Positions 29,555-41,100 of a stretch of 64,000 bases of DNA are shown piece after piece. This DNA comes from Gammaproteobacteria bacterium (GTDB taxonomy: Bacteria; Pseudomonadota; Gammaproteobacteria; CAJXQU01), in contig CBDEGZ010000003.1 of assembly GCA_965238175.1 (NCBI GenBank), positions 1,568,001 through 1,632,000 of the forward strand, in the 5' to 3' direction. The translations under genes and the position numbers were made by a program. Numbering within the stretch: the first letter of the stretch is position 1; the number at the start of each line of letters is the position of its first letter. The notes under the pieces were generated by a model. That model was given only the letters and a program-made list of their open reading frames with translations, ran no database searches and was not told the DNA's origin.

Positions 29555-30298
29555 TTACCGTTGACTTAAAACTTCAATCAATAGCTTCTTAACCTGCTGC
29601 ATGCCTTTTTCAAGATGCTGTTCAATTTGTTTCATTGAGATCTCTTTTTCGCCGTTTCGCCCAGCTGCTGGGTTTACAATAACTGCACAAGTTGCGTAAG
29701 AAAGATCGAGTTCTCTTGCTAGCGCCGCTTCTGGCATGCCGGTCATTCCGACCATGTCACAACCGTCTTTTTCCATGCGATCAATTTCTGCGGCGGTTTC
29801 TAGTCGCGGGCCTTGTGTGGCGCCGTAGGTGCCACCATTTGAAATATCGATCTTTGCATGTTTTGCTGCTTTGATTATTTTTGATCTTAATTTTTCATTG
29901 TAGGGATGAGTAAAGTCAATATGTACGACTTCGCCTTTATCGCCATCATAAAAGGTATTTTGACGGCCAGCGGTATAGTCAATAATTTGATCAGGAATGG
30001 CCAGGCGGGAAGGTGTTAGTTCAGCAGTTATTCCACCAACGGCAGCAATGCTGATCACTTCGGAAATGCCGATTTCTTTTAATGCCCAGATATTTGCGCA
30101 ATAGTTGATCATGTGAGGTGGGATGGTATGACCCGCACCGTGTCTCGGCAAAAAAACGACTTCTTTACCCTTATGTTCACAAAAGGTGAGTGGTCCTGAA
30201 GGTTCTCCGAAAGGGGTGCGCATCACACGTCTTTTTAGGATATTAATCCCTTCGAGTTTGTTTAAGCCGGTACCGCCGATGATTGCTAGATCTGTCAT
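29555..30298 (-). CDS. mtaP: S-methyl-5'-thioinosine/thioadenosine phosphorylase
   Basis: IIGGTG, PRHG..H.IPPH, QGPRLETAAE and VGMTGMPEA motifs. Confidence 0.92.
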   Translation of the reverse strand: MTDLAIIGGTGLNKLEGINILKRRVMRTPFGEPSGPLTFCEHKGKEVVFLPRHGAGHTIPPHMINYCANIWALKEIGISEVISIAAVGGITAELTPSRLAIPDQIIDYTAGRQNTFYDGDKGEVVHIDFTHPYNEKLRSKIIKAAKHAKIDISNGGTYGATQGPRLETAAEIDRMEKDGCDMVGMTGMPEAALARELDLSYATCAVIVNPAAGRNGEKEISMKQIEQHLEKGMQQVKKLLIEVLSQR

Positions 30299-30587
30299 TT
30301 TATAGATTCTATTTTTAAGTAAGCTCTAGTTTAACGTTTTCAACGTTATTGTGTAGTTTACTGTTGATGGAAAAAGCTCAACCCATTGGAATATTTCTCT
30401 CATTTACTGAAAATTTAAAAATGGTGCTTAGTTTTTTTTTATTGTGGCCGATAGTAGTTCTATGACCTTCAGTTTTATAGGTTCAAAAATGATCAAAACA
30501 GTATGAAATCGCAGTACATTTGATCCTGAAACTGAATTTAATTCACAATTTTTATTTATAAACAGTTAGTTATGATCAGTATTTGGT

Positions 30588-30603
30588 TGGCACGACATAT
30601 GCA
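30588..30603 (+). promoter_or_regulatory. Sigma-54 (-24/-12) promoter
   Basis: TGGCACGacatATGCA (GG-N10-GC) upstream of the hydrolase, within an AT-rich intergenic region of about 380 bp. Confidence 0.6.
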
Positions 30604-30681
30604 ATTACTACTTTGATAATGAGTTGAAAAAACTTGTTGTCTCGATCTATAGGGATCTTTAGATTAGAAAGGAGGCATACA

Positions 30682-31830
30682 ATGGACTACAGAACGTCAG
30701 TCACACCTGCTAAGACATCACAATCGTGGATGTCTTGTCTCTCACTCGGCTTGCTACTTTTTCTACAAACCATTCCATCTCAAGCTGAAAATTTAGCCGG
30801 AAATTTATTTGATCCGCCCGGTAAAATGGTCGATGTCGGTGGCTATTCTTTACATTTAAATTGTGTGGGTCGTGGTTCGCCGACGGTGATTTTGGAAACA
30901 GGCTTAGGCGGGATGTCTGTAGAATGGTATTCAATTCAGCACCAACTTAAGCAGCATACAAAAATATGTGCTTATGATCGGGCCGGTTACGGCTGGAGCG
31001 AAACAAGTAGCCAACCAAGGACGACGGAAAATATCGTTCATGAATTACACACGCTTTTGCATGTTGCAAATATTCCAGGGCCTTATGTTTTAGTTGGTCA
31101 TTCTTTTGGTGGTTATACCGTCCAGCATTTTGCTAGTCTTTATCCACAAGAAACTGCTGGAGTTGTTTTGGTTGATGCATCTCATCCAGAGCAAGTCGAT
31201 CGTTTTAAAAAGATTGGTTTGATCGTTGCGCCAACCAGAAAGGTAACGCATATCAAATTTAACAAACCACGCCTTCCTGCACATTATCCAGTAGACATGC
31301 GATATATCGCGCTACAGCAAATGCAAGATAGTAATACGATGAATGCTATTGCTGAAGAATATATTCATTTCAAACAAAGTGCACAGCAGGTGGCCAACTC
31401 TATGTCATTAAAATCCACGCCGATGATCGTCTTAACAAGAGGTATTCCGGGGTGGCAACGTATACGGCATGGGCGAAAATTTGAGCAGCTCTGGCAAAAA
31501 TTACAATCTGAGCTGACCGATCTCAGTTCTAGATCTTCACATCTTGTGGCAAATAAAAGCGGTCATCATATTCATTTAGATCAACCCGATTTGACCGTTG
31601 CGACTATAAGCAGGTTGGTTGAATTAGCCCGCAATAAGCAACGTAGTAAATGGGTAGAAATAAATCATAGCAGTAATAAAAGTATTCGCTGGTTAGCTAT
31701 GAAAGATGTTAGATGGCAACGTGACAGGTTAAGAACACGTTTACATGAGTGGCCTGTTTTTGATCCGAATTCTCGTCAAAACAAACTGTCTGCCAGTGAG
31801 TTAATGGTAAGTAATTACAGTAAATTTTGA
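30682..31830 (+). CDS. Exported alpha/beta hydrolase
   Basis: GHSFGG nucleophile elbow, YDRAGYG and SGHHIH motifs; RBS AGGAGG before ATG 30682. Confidence 0.88.
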   Translation: MDYRTSVTPAKTSQSWMSCLSLGLLLFLQTIPSQAENLAGNLFDPPGKMVDVGGYSLHLNCVGRGSPTVILETGLGGMSVEWYSIQHQLKQHTKICAYDRAGYGWSETSSQPRTTENIVHELHTLLHVANIPGPYVLVGHSFGGYTVQHFASLYPQETAGVVLVDASHPEQVDRFKKIGLIVAPTRKVTHIKFNKPRLPAHYPVDMRYIALQQMQDSNTMNAIAEEYIHFKQSAQQVANSMSLKSTPMIVLTRGIPGWQRIRHGRKFEQLWQKLQSELTDLSSRSSHLVANKSGHHIHLDQPDLTVATISRLVELARNKQRSKWVEINHSSNKSIRWLAMKDVRWQRDRLRTRLHEWPVFDPNSRQNKLSASELMVSNYSKF

Positions 31831-31973
31831 TCAGGTAGCTATTGCTGAAAAATAGTTTGTGAAACATTAAGGTTTGTTATTAGTCGTTATTAATACTTCT
31901 TAATTGCATTAGAGGATAGATACGCTTTACTATTACTATGCAATACACATTAAAATAATAAAGAGGTAGTCAG

Positions 31974-32300
31974 ATGAAGTTCTTAACAATAGTGACAGTA
32001 GTAGGTTTCATGTTTATTTTATCCGCATGCAGTGGTGAAAACTCAGATACAAAAAAGAAAGTTGAAGAAGCGGCAATGAAAGCAAAAGAAGCCGTTACAG
32101 AGACGGCGGGTGAGGCGATGGATAAAGCTGGCGAAGCCATGACGAAAGCAAAAGAAGTTGTTTCTGACGCTACAGATGCTGTTTCTGACAAAACTGGAGA
32201 AATGGTTGAGAAGGTCAAAGAAACTACATCAATGGGCAATAATGAAACCAGTGAAGCACCATCATGGTCAGAGCTGGAAAACCAGGTAACAACTTTTTAA
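31974..32300 (+). CDS. Small Ala/Glu/Lys-rich lipoprotein
   Basis: Lipobox LSAC, RBS AGAGG and low-complexity helical repeats. Confidence 0.75.
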   Translation: MKFLTIVTVVGFMFILSACSGENSDTKKKVEEAAMKAKEAVTETAGEAMDKAGEAMTKAKEVVSDATDAVSDKTGEMVEKVKETTSMGNNETSEAPSWSELENQVTTF

Positions 32301-32316
32301 TTTAGTATGCAGATAT

Positions 32317-32353
32317 AAAACCTGATCAGTTTTTTCGAACTGGTCAGGTTTTT
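32317..32353. terminator. Bidirectional intrinsic terminator
   Basis: AAAACCTGATCAGTT...AACTGGTCAGGTTTTT between convergent genes. Confidence 0.8.
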
Positions 32354-32354
32354 A

Positions 32355-32900
32355 TTATTCTGGATATATTGCCGAGATACTGTCGAAATTTCTAAAATAA
32401 CCTTTGTAATCCATCCCATAACCAACAAGAAATTCATTCGCTGCGACTAGTCCTGTGAAATCAGCCTTCTGCAGACCGCCACGTTGAGGTAAGTCTTTTT
32501 CGACCAAGACGGCTGTTAAGATTTGATCAGCTCCTTCGGCCTGGCAAAAATCAATAATTGCTTCTAGCGTATGCCCTTGATCCAGAATATCATCAATAAT
32601 CAAAACAGTACGATTTTTTAGATCGATTTCTGGTTGTTTCAGCCAATGAAGATGCCCGCCTTTTGTTTCGCCTTGGTAGCGAGTTGCATGGATATAATCC
32701 AGCTCTAGTGGGAAATTTAGTTTTGGTAATAATAAACCTGTCGGCACAATGCCACCGATTACAGTACAGAGAAGGATCGGGTTGCTATCCATGAGTTGAG
32801 TATTAATTTGACCGGCCATTTTATCAATGGCGTTTTCTACTTCCTCTCTGGAAAAAAGCTGTTTGGCGTTTTGTTCTATTTTTTGAATTTTTTTGTTCAT
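32355..32900 (-). CDS. hpt: Hypoxanthine-guanine phosphoribosyltransferase
   Basis: LIIDDILDQGHTL PRPP motif, HATRY and GYGMDY. Confidence 0.9.
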   Translation of the reverse strand: MNKKIQKIEQNAKQLFSREEVENAIDKMAGQINTQLMDSNPILLCTVIGGIVPTGLLLPKLNFPLELDYIHATRYQGETKGGHLHWLKQPEIDLKNRTVLIIDDILDQGHTLEAIIDFCQAEGADQILTAVLVEKDLPQRGGLQKADFTGLVAANEFLVGYGMDYKGYFRNFDSISAIYPE

Positions 32901-33772
32901 GTTTCTAATTTATTTAGTTGTTGTTTTCCTACATAGTCACATGCAAATTGCCAGGCTGAGCGACCACTTCTTGAACCGTGTAACAATGCCCATTTTAACG
33001 CTTCTTTCTGCATTACTTTTTGATCAATTATATTAACGTTTAGTTTGCTTAACCAATAATCGACGATGGTCAGATAAGCATTCTGGTTGAAAGGGTGAAA
33101 TGCGAGCCACAAGCCAAACCGTTCTGAGAGAGAGATTTTTTCTTCTATCGCTTCACCATAATGGATTTCGGTTTCGATCAGTTCAGCATTTTGGTTATCT
33201 GTTGCGTATTCCGGTAGCAGATGCCGACGATTAGAGCTGGCATAAACAAGGATATTTTCGGGTGTACTGTTGATTGATCCATCAAGCACGACTTTTAGTG
33301 ATTTGTAACTAGTGTCTTCAGTTTCAAAGGATAAATCATCGCAAAAAATAATAAATTTTTCCTGGCGATCAAAAAGCTGCTCTGCAATATCAGGCAATTC
33401 TTCAAGGTGACGTTTTTCGACTTCGATCAAACGTAAGCCTTGATCAGAATATTGGTTGAGAATAGCTTTAATTAAAGAAGACTTGCCTGTTCCTCGTGGG
33501 CCCCAAAGTAGCGCATTGTTTGCTGGTAGGCCATTAATGAATTGCCGCGTATTTTGATCTAACTGCTGTTTCTGATTTTCGATACATTGCAGATCAGCAA
33601 GCTGAACAGTGGCAATTCGAGGTAACGGATGTAAATAACCTTTCTGTCCATTGTGCTTCCAACGAAAAGCAACATGCTTATCCCAGTTTGTTTCTGGTGT
33701 TGTCTGCGGGATTATTTGTTCTAATCGATCTAGTAATCGATCGACACGATCAAGAATTTCCTTTTCACTCAT
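32897..33772 (-). CDS. DUF815 family AAA+ ATPase
   Basis: GPRGTGKSS, FCDDLSFE, SNRRHL and RSGRSAWQF motifs. Confidence 0.9.
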   Translation of the reverse strand: MSEKEILDRVDRLLDRLEQIIPQTTPETNWDKHVAFRWKHNGQKGYLHPLPRIATVQLADLQCIENQKQQLDQNTRQFINGLPANNALLWGPRGTGKSSLIKAILNQYSDQGLRLIEVEKRHLEELPDIAEQLFDRQEKFIIFCDDLSFETEDTSYKSLKVVLDGSINSTPENILVYASSNRRHLLPEYATDNQNAELIETEIHYGEAIEEKISLSERFGLWLAFHPFNQNAYLTIVDYWLSKLNVNIIDQKVMQKEALKWALLHGSRSGRSAWQFACDYVGKQQLNKLET

Positions 33773-33796
33773 TTTATTTTCTTGGTGAAACTAATC

Positions 33797-35146
33797 TTAA
33801 TGGAACTTCAATCTTCTACGTGGCTTACGTATTATTCGATTTGCTATTGCATGTAATAAGGTTCCGATGTAGCCATGCAAGGAGACCTGATGCATTTTAT
33901 AAAGTGACTTATAGATAATGCGGGCGAGGATCCCCTCAAGCATCACGCTACCAGACCATCTGCCAAGCAAGTTACCCATTAGGTTGCCGACCGTTGTATA
34001 TGAACTCATATTTACCAGTGATCCAAAATCTACATACTTGTATTCTGGTAGTTCGCCACCGTTCAAGCGACGTTTCATTGTTTTAACTAACATTGAGGCT
34101 TGTTGATGAGCAGACTGTGCTCTTGGAGGAACAATTTCATCCGAGCCAGGTTCTATAGGACATTGAGCGCAATCACCAAAGGCAAAAATATTCACGTCGC
34201 GGGTTGATTGTAGTTTTGAGCTCACCACCAATTGGTTAATACGGTTGGTTTCCAGGCCATCAATATCCTTCAGGAAATCCGGAGCTTTAATACCTGCCGC
34301 CCAGACTTTGATCTCTGATGGAATAAATTGTCCTCCTTCAGTGAGGAAACCATCGGCGGTGGCTTCAACAATTCTTTCCCCGGTTCGAACATCTACATTG
34401 ATCTTATACAGTGCTTCTACAGTCGCTTCTGATAAACGATCAGGCAATGCTGGGAGTATCTTAGCGGCGGCCTCGATAAGAGAAATTTTCAAATCACGAT
34501 CTGGATCTATGTTGTATAAACCGTATGCGACCAGTTCCCGTGTTGATTCGTGCAGCTCTGCAGAAAGCTCAACGCCTGTTGCACCCGCACCCGCAATGGC
34601 AACATGCAATTGTCCTTCACGTAATGGTTTAGTGGAGGTTTGTGCGCTATAGCATTTCTTGAGTAGTAAAGAGTGAAATTTTTCGGCTTGTTCACGTGTA
34701 TCCAATGAAAAACAATGTTCAGCAACACCTTTGATGTCAAAGTCATTGGTTGTACTACCGACCGCGATGATAAGCGTGTCATAGCTGAAATTACGTCTTG
34801 GAATGAATTCCATTCCATCATCATCATCAATTGTCGGCGCCAGAGAAACTTCTTTTTTCTCACGATCAAGGCTATCCATGCGACCCAAACGAAAACTAAA
34901 GTGATTCCAGTTTGCTTGCGCTAAATATTCAAGATCATCGGCATGCGAATCCAAAGTCCCGGAAGCAATTTCATGTAGCAGAGGTTTCCAGACATGGGTT
35001 AAGGTACTGTCTATCAACATTACTTCGGCCTTTTTCTTTTTGCCAAATTTTTTACCTAACCTTGTCGCTAGTTCAATGCCACCGGCGCCACCACCGACAA
35101 CAACGATTCTATGAGTTGATGAAGTGTCTGAAGGGGCTGATGACAT
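33797..35146 (-). CDS. ndh: Type II NADH dehydrogenase
   Basis: GGGAGG, WKPLLHE, GAGATGVEL and PPRAQSAHQ motifs; probable start MSSAP. Confidence 0.93.
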   Translation of the reverse strand: MSSAPSDTSSTHRIVVVGGGAGGIELATRLGKKFGKKKKAEVMLIDSTLTHVWKPLLHEIASGTLDSHADDLEYLAQANWNHFSFRLGRMDSLDREKKEVSLAPTIDDDDGMEFIPRRNFSYDTLIIAVGSTTNDFDIKGVAEHCFSLDTREQAEKFHSLLLKKCYSAQTSTKPLREGQLHVAIAGAGATGVELSAELHESTRELVAYGLYNIDPDRDLKISLIEAAAKILPALPDRLSEATVEALYKINVDVRTGERIVEATADGFLTEGGQFIPSEIKVWAAGIKAPDFLKDIDGLETNRINQLVVSSKLQSTRDVNIFAFGDCAQCPIEPGSDEIVPPRAQSAHQQASMLVKTMKRRLNGGELPEYKYVDFGSLVNMSSYTTVGNLMGNLLGRWSGSVMLEGILARIIYKSLYKMHQVSLHGYIGTLLHAIANRIIRKPRRRLKFH

Positions 35147-35218
35147 ATTAAGGTTCTCTGACTTGGAAGGCTCTGTATAATAGCAGAATTGATCCATAAA
35201 TCACGAAGGAAACAATCT

Positions 35219-35509
35219 ATGAATAAACAAGAAACGACTGAACTTGAAGCGGCTGCATTTCGACAGTTAGTCGCACATTTTGAAGAACGAACAGATGTAC
35301 AGAATATTGATCTGATGAACTTGGCTGGGTTTTGCCGAAACTGTCTTTCAAAATGGTATCGAGTTGCTGCTGAGGAACGCGGCCATGAGATGGATTATGA
35401 ACAGGCAAGAGAAATTGTTTATGGCATGCCATACAGTGAATGGAAAGAGAAATATCAATTAGAAGTTAGTCCTGAACAATTAAAAGCCTTCAATGAATCG
35501 AAGAAGTGA
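35219..35509 (+). CDS. DUF1244 family protein
   Basis: ELEAAAFR, QNIDLMNLAGFCRNCL and YGMPY motifs. Confidence 0.9.
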   Translation: MNKQETTELEAAAFRQLVAHFEERTDVQNIDLMNLAGFCRNCLSKWYRVAAEERGHEMDYEQAREIVYGMPYSEWKEKYQLEVSPEQLKAFNESKK

Positions 35510-35585
35510 TCTAATAAGGAAACCATAAAGAAAGCTAAGTTTATTAAAGAGTGTTGGCCGTCGTTGAGCGGTTTATCTAAAAATA

Positions 35586-36956
35586 ATGAATATCAAAGTT
35601 ATCTCAATTTGTTTAATTTCATGTTTAACATCTTGTGCAGAATATCAAACTTATACACCATCACCGGTTGATACTGAGTATACAACGCGTCAGTACCGCA
35701 GGTTAGGTATTAATGCGCCGGAAATAAAAAATTGGCTACTTGAGAACAATGAAGCTGTAACGACATGGCCTAGGCAGAGTTGGAACGTTGAAAGCCTTAT
35801 TTTGATCGGAAATTATTTTAGTACCGATCTAGCGATTGCTAAGGCCGAAGTTGAAGTTGCAAAAGCAGCTGAAGTCACGGCGGGACAGAAACCAAATCCT
35901 GAAATAGAATTTTCTTCAGAGCGACATAGTGATCATCCTGATTCTGTTTCCCCCTGGACAATAGGATCTATTTTCAGTTGGATTTATGAGAGACCTGAAA
36001 AACGTCAAGCCCGGGTTGAACATGCTAGAGCGCTATCGGAGGTGGCACATTTAAAACAGTTTGAAATTAAGTGGGAAATTCGCGATACGATTACAGATCA
36101 TTATCTGGATGTGATGGCGGCTAATCGAAAAATAACAATGCTGTTTGAAGAAAAAAAGATTCTGCAAGAAGGCACGGAAGTATTAGATCAACGGCTTTCA
36201 CATGGACAGGCAAGTGATTTTGAGATCAGCAGTTCGCGACTTGAACTTCAGCGTTTGAGATTATTGATCAGTGAAACGGAAGCTGAGCAAACACGATCAA
36301 AAAGTAGGTTGGCTCTAGCCGTAGGGCTACCAGCTGACGCATTGAATGATGTTGATTTAGATGAAAGTCTCTATGCTCAATTACCCGACATAAACATTTA
36401 TGATCTTAATCTTGAAGTATTGCAAGCGCGTGCGCTGATCGAACGACCGGATATTCTGATCACTTTGTCTGACTATGTGGTAGCAGAGGCAGATTTGCAT
36501 CGTGAAATTGAAAACCAATATTCGGACATTACTTTCTCGCCCGGTTTTATGTTTGATCAACATGATAATGTTTGGGTATTAGGCAGTTCCTGGATGTTAC
36601 CTCTGAATGCTAAAAATGAAGGGCCGATTGCAGAGGCTGAGGCTCGACGGAAGGTCAGAGAGCAACAGGTGCTTGCTCATCAAGGTGAAATTTTAGGGCA
36701 GGTGCATGACGCACGGATCCGCTATAAAACAGCATTGAATATACTCAAAGAAGCTGACTCAATAATTACCGAGTTGACTGATAGGGGTAGAAAACTGCAA
36801 CGGCAATATGATTTGGGCTACAGCGATCGATTGTCAATTATAAGAAATCAGTTGGAAATTTTGATCGCAAAACGAGCTCGTTATCTTCTTGAACTCGCTG
36901 CTTGGAGAGAGCTAAATGGCCTTGAAGATTCGTTAATGTCAAAATTGATAAAGTAA
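35586..36956 (+). CDS. Outer membrane efflux protein, TolC/CzcC family
   Basis: Lipoprotein leader (LTSC), PNPE motif and helical OEP repeats; first gene of the RND operon. Confidence 0.85.
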   Translation: MNIKVISICLISCLTSCAEYQTYTPSPVDTEYTTRQYRRLGINAPEIKNWLLENNEAVTTWPRQSWNVESLILIGNYFSTDLAIAKAEVEVAKAAEVTAGQKPNPEIEFSSERHSDHPDSVSPWTIGSIFSWIYERPEKRQARVEHARALSEVAHLKQFEIKWEIRDTITDHYLDVMAANRKITMLFEEKKILQEGTEVLDQRLSHGQASDFEISSSRLELQRLRLLISETEAEQTRSKSRLALAVGLPADALNDVDLDESLYAQLPDINIYDLNLEVLQARALIERPDILITLSDYVVAEADLHREIENQYSDITFSPGFMFDQHDNVWVLGSSWMLPLNAKNEGPIAEAEARRKVREQQVLAHQGEILGQVHDARIRYKTALNILKEADSIITELTDRGRKLQRQYDLGYSDRLSIIRNQLEILIAKRARYLLELAAWRELNGLEDSLMSKLIK

Positions 36957-36965
36957 ATACAAAGC

Positions 36966-38105
36966 ATGAAAATAATAATAAAAATACTACTGCTACTAAT
37001 ATTGGGTGTGACGGTTTATTTGGGGGTTAGATTTTTTTCTGGCGAGCAAGGTTTTGTTGTCGCATTAGATGAATGGTTGGATCAATTTCAAGAACAGTCT
37101 TTAGAAGCAGGCGATGATAAGGGTGTTGACGAAACTGATGAAGAAAAGGGTGATGATGACGATATCCCTTCACGCGTCGAAATTTATGCAGGTCTACCTG
37201 CCGTTCGTCTCGCAGAAGAGGTGGTCACACGTAGTGGAATAAGAATAGATTCACTAAAAAGCGCAAATTATTCACATGAAAGGCAGGCTACTGGACGCGT
37301 TATTGATTTCCAATCTTTGTTACAAAAACAAGCAGAATTCAACCAGGCGAAATCTGAGCTTTCAATTGCACAAGAAAGTCTGAATGCAACAGTAAAAGTC
37401 TATGAGCGTCTACGATTATTAAATAAAGAACGCGCTAATGTGTCGCTTAGACAAGTCGAAGAAGCACGACTGCCATTATTAGAGGGTAAAGCAAAAGTAG
37501 CAGCTATCAAGCTGAGAATTCAAACGTTGCAAACAGAAACTGTCCACGAGTGGGGAGGAATATTAGCAAGTTGGGCGCTAGCACCTGATGACGAAAATGT
37601 AGGTTATTTTGATCGGCTACTACAAAATGAGGACAGATTAATCTTGGTGACCTTACCATCAGGAACAGTTTTATCTAATGGCAAACCCCTGATTTATGTC
37701 AATTCAACTTCCGAGCGTTCAACCGCTCTAATAGCACGTTTGATATCGACGGCAGCCTACACAGATCCACTTATTCAAGGCGAGACTTATTACTTTCGTA
37801 CTACTGCAAAAAACATGCGGATCAATATGCGGCTGAATGTTTGGATTGTTTCACCCGATGAGATCGAAACTGGCTTTACCATTCCTTTAGCTGCGATTGT
37901 TTGGTATGCAGGACAACCGTGGGTCTATGTAAAAGTGACGGGTGATTTGTATTCACGTAGACCAGTTTCACATTATCGTGAAACAGATCAAGGTTGGTTT
38001 ATTAGTGGCATATTTGATCTGAATGATAGAATTGTTGTTCAAGGTGGTCAACTTTTGCTATCTGAGGAATTACGCTGGCAAATCCCTGATGAGGATGATG
38101 ATTAA
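36966..38105 (+). CDS. Efflux periplasmic adaptor (membrane fusion protein)
   Basis: N-terminal anchor, coiled coil, and C-terminal IP..AIVW.AGQPWVY and VVQGGQLLLSEE. Confidence 0.8.
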   Translation: MKIIIKILLLLILGVTVYLGVRFFSGEQGFVVALDEWLDQFQEQSLEAGDDKGVDETDEEKGDDDDIPSRVEIYAGLPAVRLAEEVVTRSGIRIDSLKSANYSHERQATGRVIDFQSLLQKQAEFNQAKSELSIAQESLNATVKVYERLRLLNKERANVSLRQVEEARLPLLEGKAKVAAIKLRIQTLQTETVHEWGGILASWALAPDDENVGYFDRLLQNEDRLILVTLPSGTVLSNGKPLIYVNSTSERSTALIARLISTAAYTDPLIQGETYYFRTTAKNMRINMRLNVWIVSPDEIETGFTIPLAAIVWYAGQPWVYVKVTGDLYSRRPVSHYRETDQGWFISGIFDLNDRIVVQGGQLLLSEELRWQIPDEDDD

Positions 38106-38110
38106 AAACC

Positions 38111-41100
38111 ATGCTATCAATTCTCGTTCGTTTTTCCGTTCGTTACTACGGTATTGTCATCGCTTTGACAATATTACTTTTGGTTTACGGAGTTTATCGT
38201 CTGTCTAATGCCGGCTTAGATATTTTCCCGGAATTTTCACCTAAACAAGTCATTATCCAAACTGAGTCGGCGGGCTATTCGACTGAACAAGTCGAAATTT
38301 TGGTTACGCAACCGATAGAGAACGTACTCAGCGGACTGATCGGTTTGAAATATCTTAGATCAGAATCGATACAAGGTTTGTCTATTGTTACTGCAACATT
38401 TGAAGAAGATACGGATATTTATTTAAACCGGCAAATGGTTAGCGAGCGGCTGTCCAGTGTTGGCGCATCTTTACCTGAAGGCATCGGTACGCCAGTCCCG
38501 GTTCCACTGGCCTCATCATCAGCGACTGTTCTCACAATCGGTGTGCGTTCTGATTCACTCAATATGATGGATTTACGCAGTATTGTTGATTGGACAATTG
38601 TGCCGCAAATTTTGAGTGTTAATGGGGTTGCGGACGTTAATGTGTTTGGGGGTGAAATCAAACAGTTACAAATTCAAATTTTGCCTGAGAAGTTGAAGCA
38701 ATATGGCCTAGGGATACAAGATGTTGTTGAAGCTGCAACTCAGTCAACGGCTATTAAAGGCGCAGGTTTTATTGAGAATGATAATCAACGATTTACTATT
38801 CAAACCAGTAGCGATTCTGCCAGAGTCGAAGATATCGCGAAAGTCGTTGTAAAACGTGAGAATGGTTTTTCGATCACATTATCTGATGTGGCAAATGTAC
38901 TTATAGCGCCGGAACCACGTATTGGTGCGGCGGCGATTATGGGTAAACCTGCTATCGTTATGATGATTATAGGTCAGTTCGGCGCAAACACCTTAAATGT
39001 TTCAAATGCAGTTGAAGCTGTTTTGGAAGATCTGAATCTGGTATTAGGTCAACAGGATGTAACGTTTTATTCACATTTGTTTCGACCTTCAGATTATATC
39101 GAACGCTCATTAGATAATATTGTCGAGCATCTTTTGATCGGTGGCGCTTTTGTTTTGATCGTCTTGTTTATCTTTCTATTCAATATTCGTACGGCGTTTA
39201 TTTCAGCCCTTGCTATCCCATTATCCTTAATCAGTGCAGCTTTAGTTCTGCTCGAAAGTGGTGTGAACCTCAACATTATGGTGCTTGGTGGGCTTGCAAT
39301 TGCATTAGGCGAGGTGGTCGATGATGCCATTATTGATACTGAGAATATCTTTCGTCGATTAAGAGAGAATAAATTTGCAACGGTTCCCAAACCAATAGCA
39401 GATATTGTTTACGAAGCCTCGATGGAAGTTCGTGGTTCTGTTGTTTACGCAAGCTTTATAGTCGCACTGGTTTTTGTACCATTGCTGACATTGGGTGGTG
39501 TAGCGGGGCGTTTGTTTTCGCCATTAGGCGTGTCTTATATTTTGGCCATTTTGACTTCATTGTTGGTTGCGCTGACGGTTACACCAGCGCTTTGCTATTT
39601 ACTACTAGGTAACAGCAAATTACCTGATCGAGATCCACCTTTGATCCGATTGATCCATCCAGTATACGATGGGTTTTTGAGATTGACGACCAGACTACCG
39701 ACATTGACTATTGGTATAGCTCTACTGGTATGTGTCGCCGGAATAGCGATCATTCCTAGTCTTGGATCGCGTTTCTTACCTGAGCTACGAGAAGGACATT
39801 ACATTGTTCATACGACTGCCATGCCCGGCACTTCGTTAGAACAGGCAATTAAAGCAGGTAACCGGCTTACTGAAGCTTTTCTGGAAATCCCAGGCGTTAG
39901 ATCTGTTTCTCAATGGGCTGGCAGGGCAGAGCGATCTGCAGACACATATGGAAGTCATTACAGTGAATTTGAAGTCGATCTAGAACCTCTTTCAGGAAAA
40001 GAACAACAAAGCGTAATTGATGGTTTGCGTGAAGTACTAAAAGAATTTCCTGGGCTGTTGTTTGAGGCCAATACGTTTTTGATCGAGCGAGTTGATGAAA
40101 CAATTTCTGGGTACACTTCACCGATTGTCATCAATCTCTATGGGACTGAATTAGGATTTCTTGATCAAAAAGCGCAAGCGGTTATGGAGATTATCCGTAC
40201 GATTGAGGGTGCCACTGATGTACAAATGCGTTCACCTCATGGCACACCGGTTTTACAAGTAAAACTGAAACATGATCGGTTGAGTGATCTTGGTATACGT
40301 CCGGTTGAGGTGATGGATGCGATACAAATTGCGTATGAGGGGAGAGTCGTTGGCAAGAGTTATCAAGGAAATCAAATTATAGATGTTAGTGTTTATATAG
40401 ACACCAGTTTGCGGCAAAAACCAGAAGATCTAAGAAAATTACCACTTAAGACAGCTGAAGGTGCGATTTTTCCTCTCTCTGAAGTTGCGACTATTTTACA
40501 GACTGATGGACGCTACAACATACTGCATCAAGGTGCTCAACGGATCCAGACGGTGACTTGTAATGTCCACGATCGAGATTTCGACAGTTTTATGGATGAG
40601 TTAAAATCACGAGTTCTAACAGAAATTGAATTTGAAGCTGGGGCTTATCCGGAGTTTACTGGGGCAGCCATAGAACAAGCCAAGGCAAGAGAAGATCTAA
40701 TTCTACATTCTCTAGTTGCTGGTATTGGTGTTCTCATTTTGATTTATATGGCTGTCGGACGATTTCGTGATGTTGTCATTATGCTGCTGAACCTACCCTT
40801 CTCACTGGTCGGAGGAGTTGTTGCAGTACTGTTAACTGGCGCAACATTATCAGTAGGTTCAGTTGTTGGTTTTGTCACCTTATTTGGAATAACTGTAAGA
40901 AACTCGATCATGTTGGTCTCTCATTACCGACATCTTGTCGAAGTTGAGGGCAGGGAATGGAATATCGAGACATTAATACAAGGTGCAAAAGAAAGGCTTC
41001 CCTCGATTTTGATGACAGCACTCGTCACGGCATTAGCGATGCTTCCCATCGCAATTGATAGTGACAATCCCGGTCGTGAAATAATGGGTCCGATGGCAGC

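Noticed and set aside
31970-32239. Minus-strand 89-aa ORF
   Set aside because: Antisense shadow of the lipoprotein, which has an RBS and lipobox.
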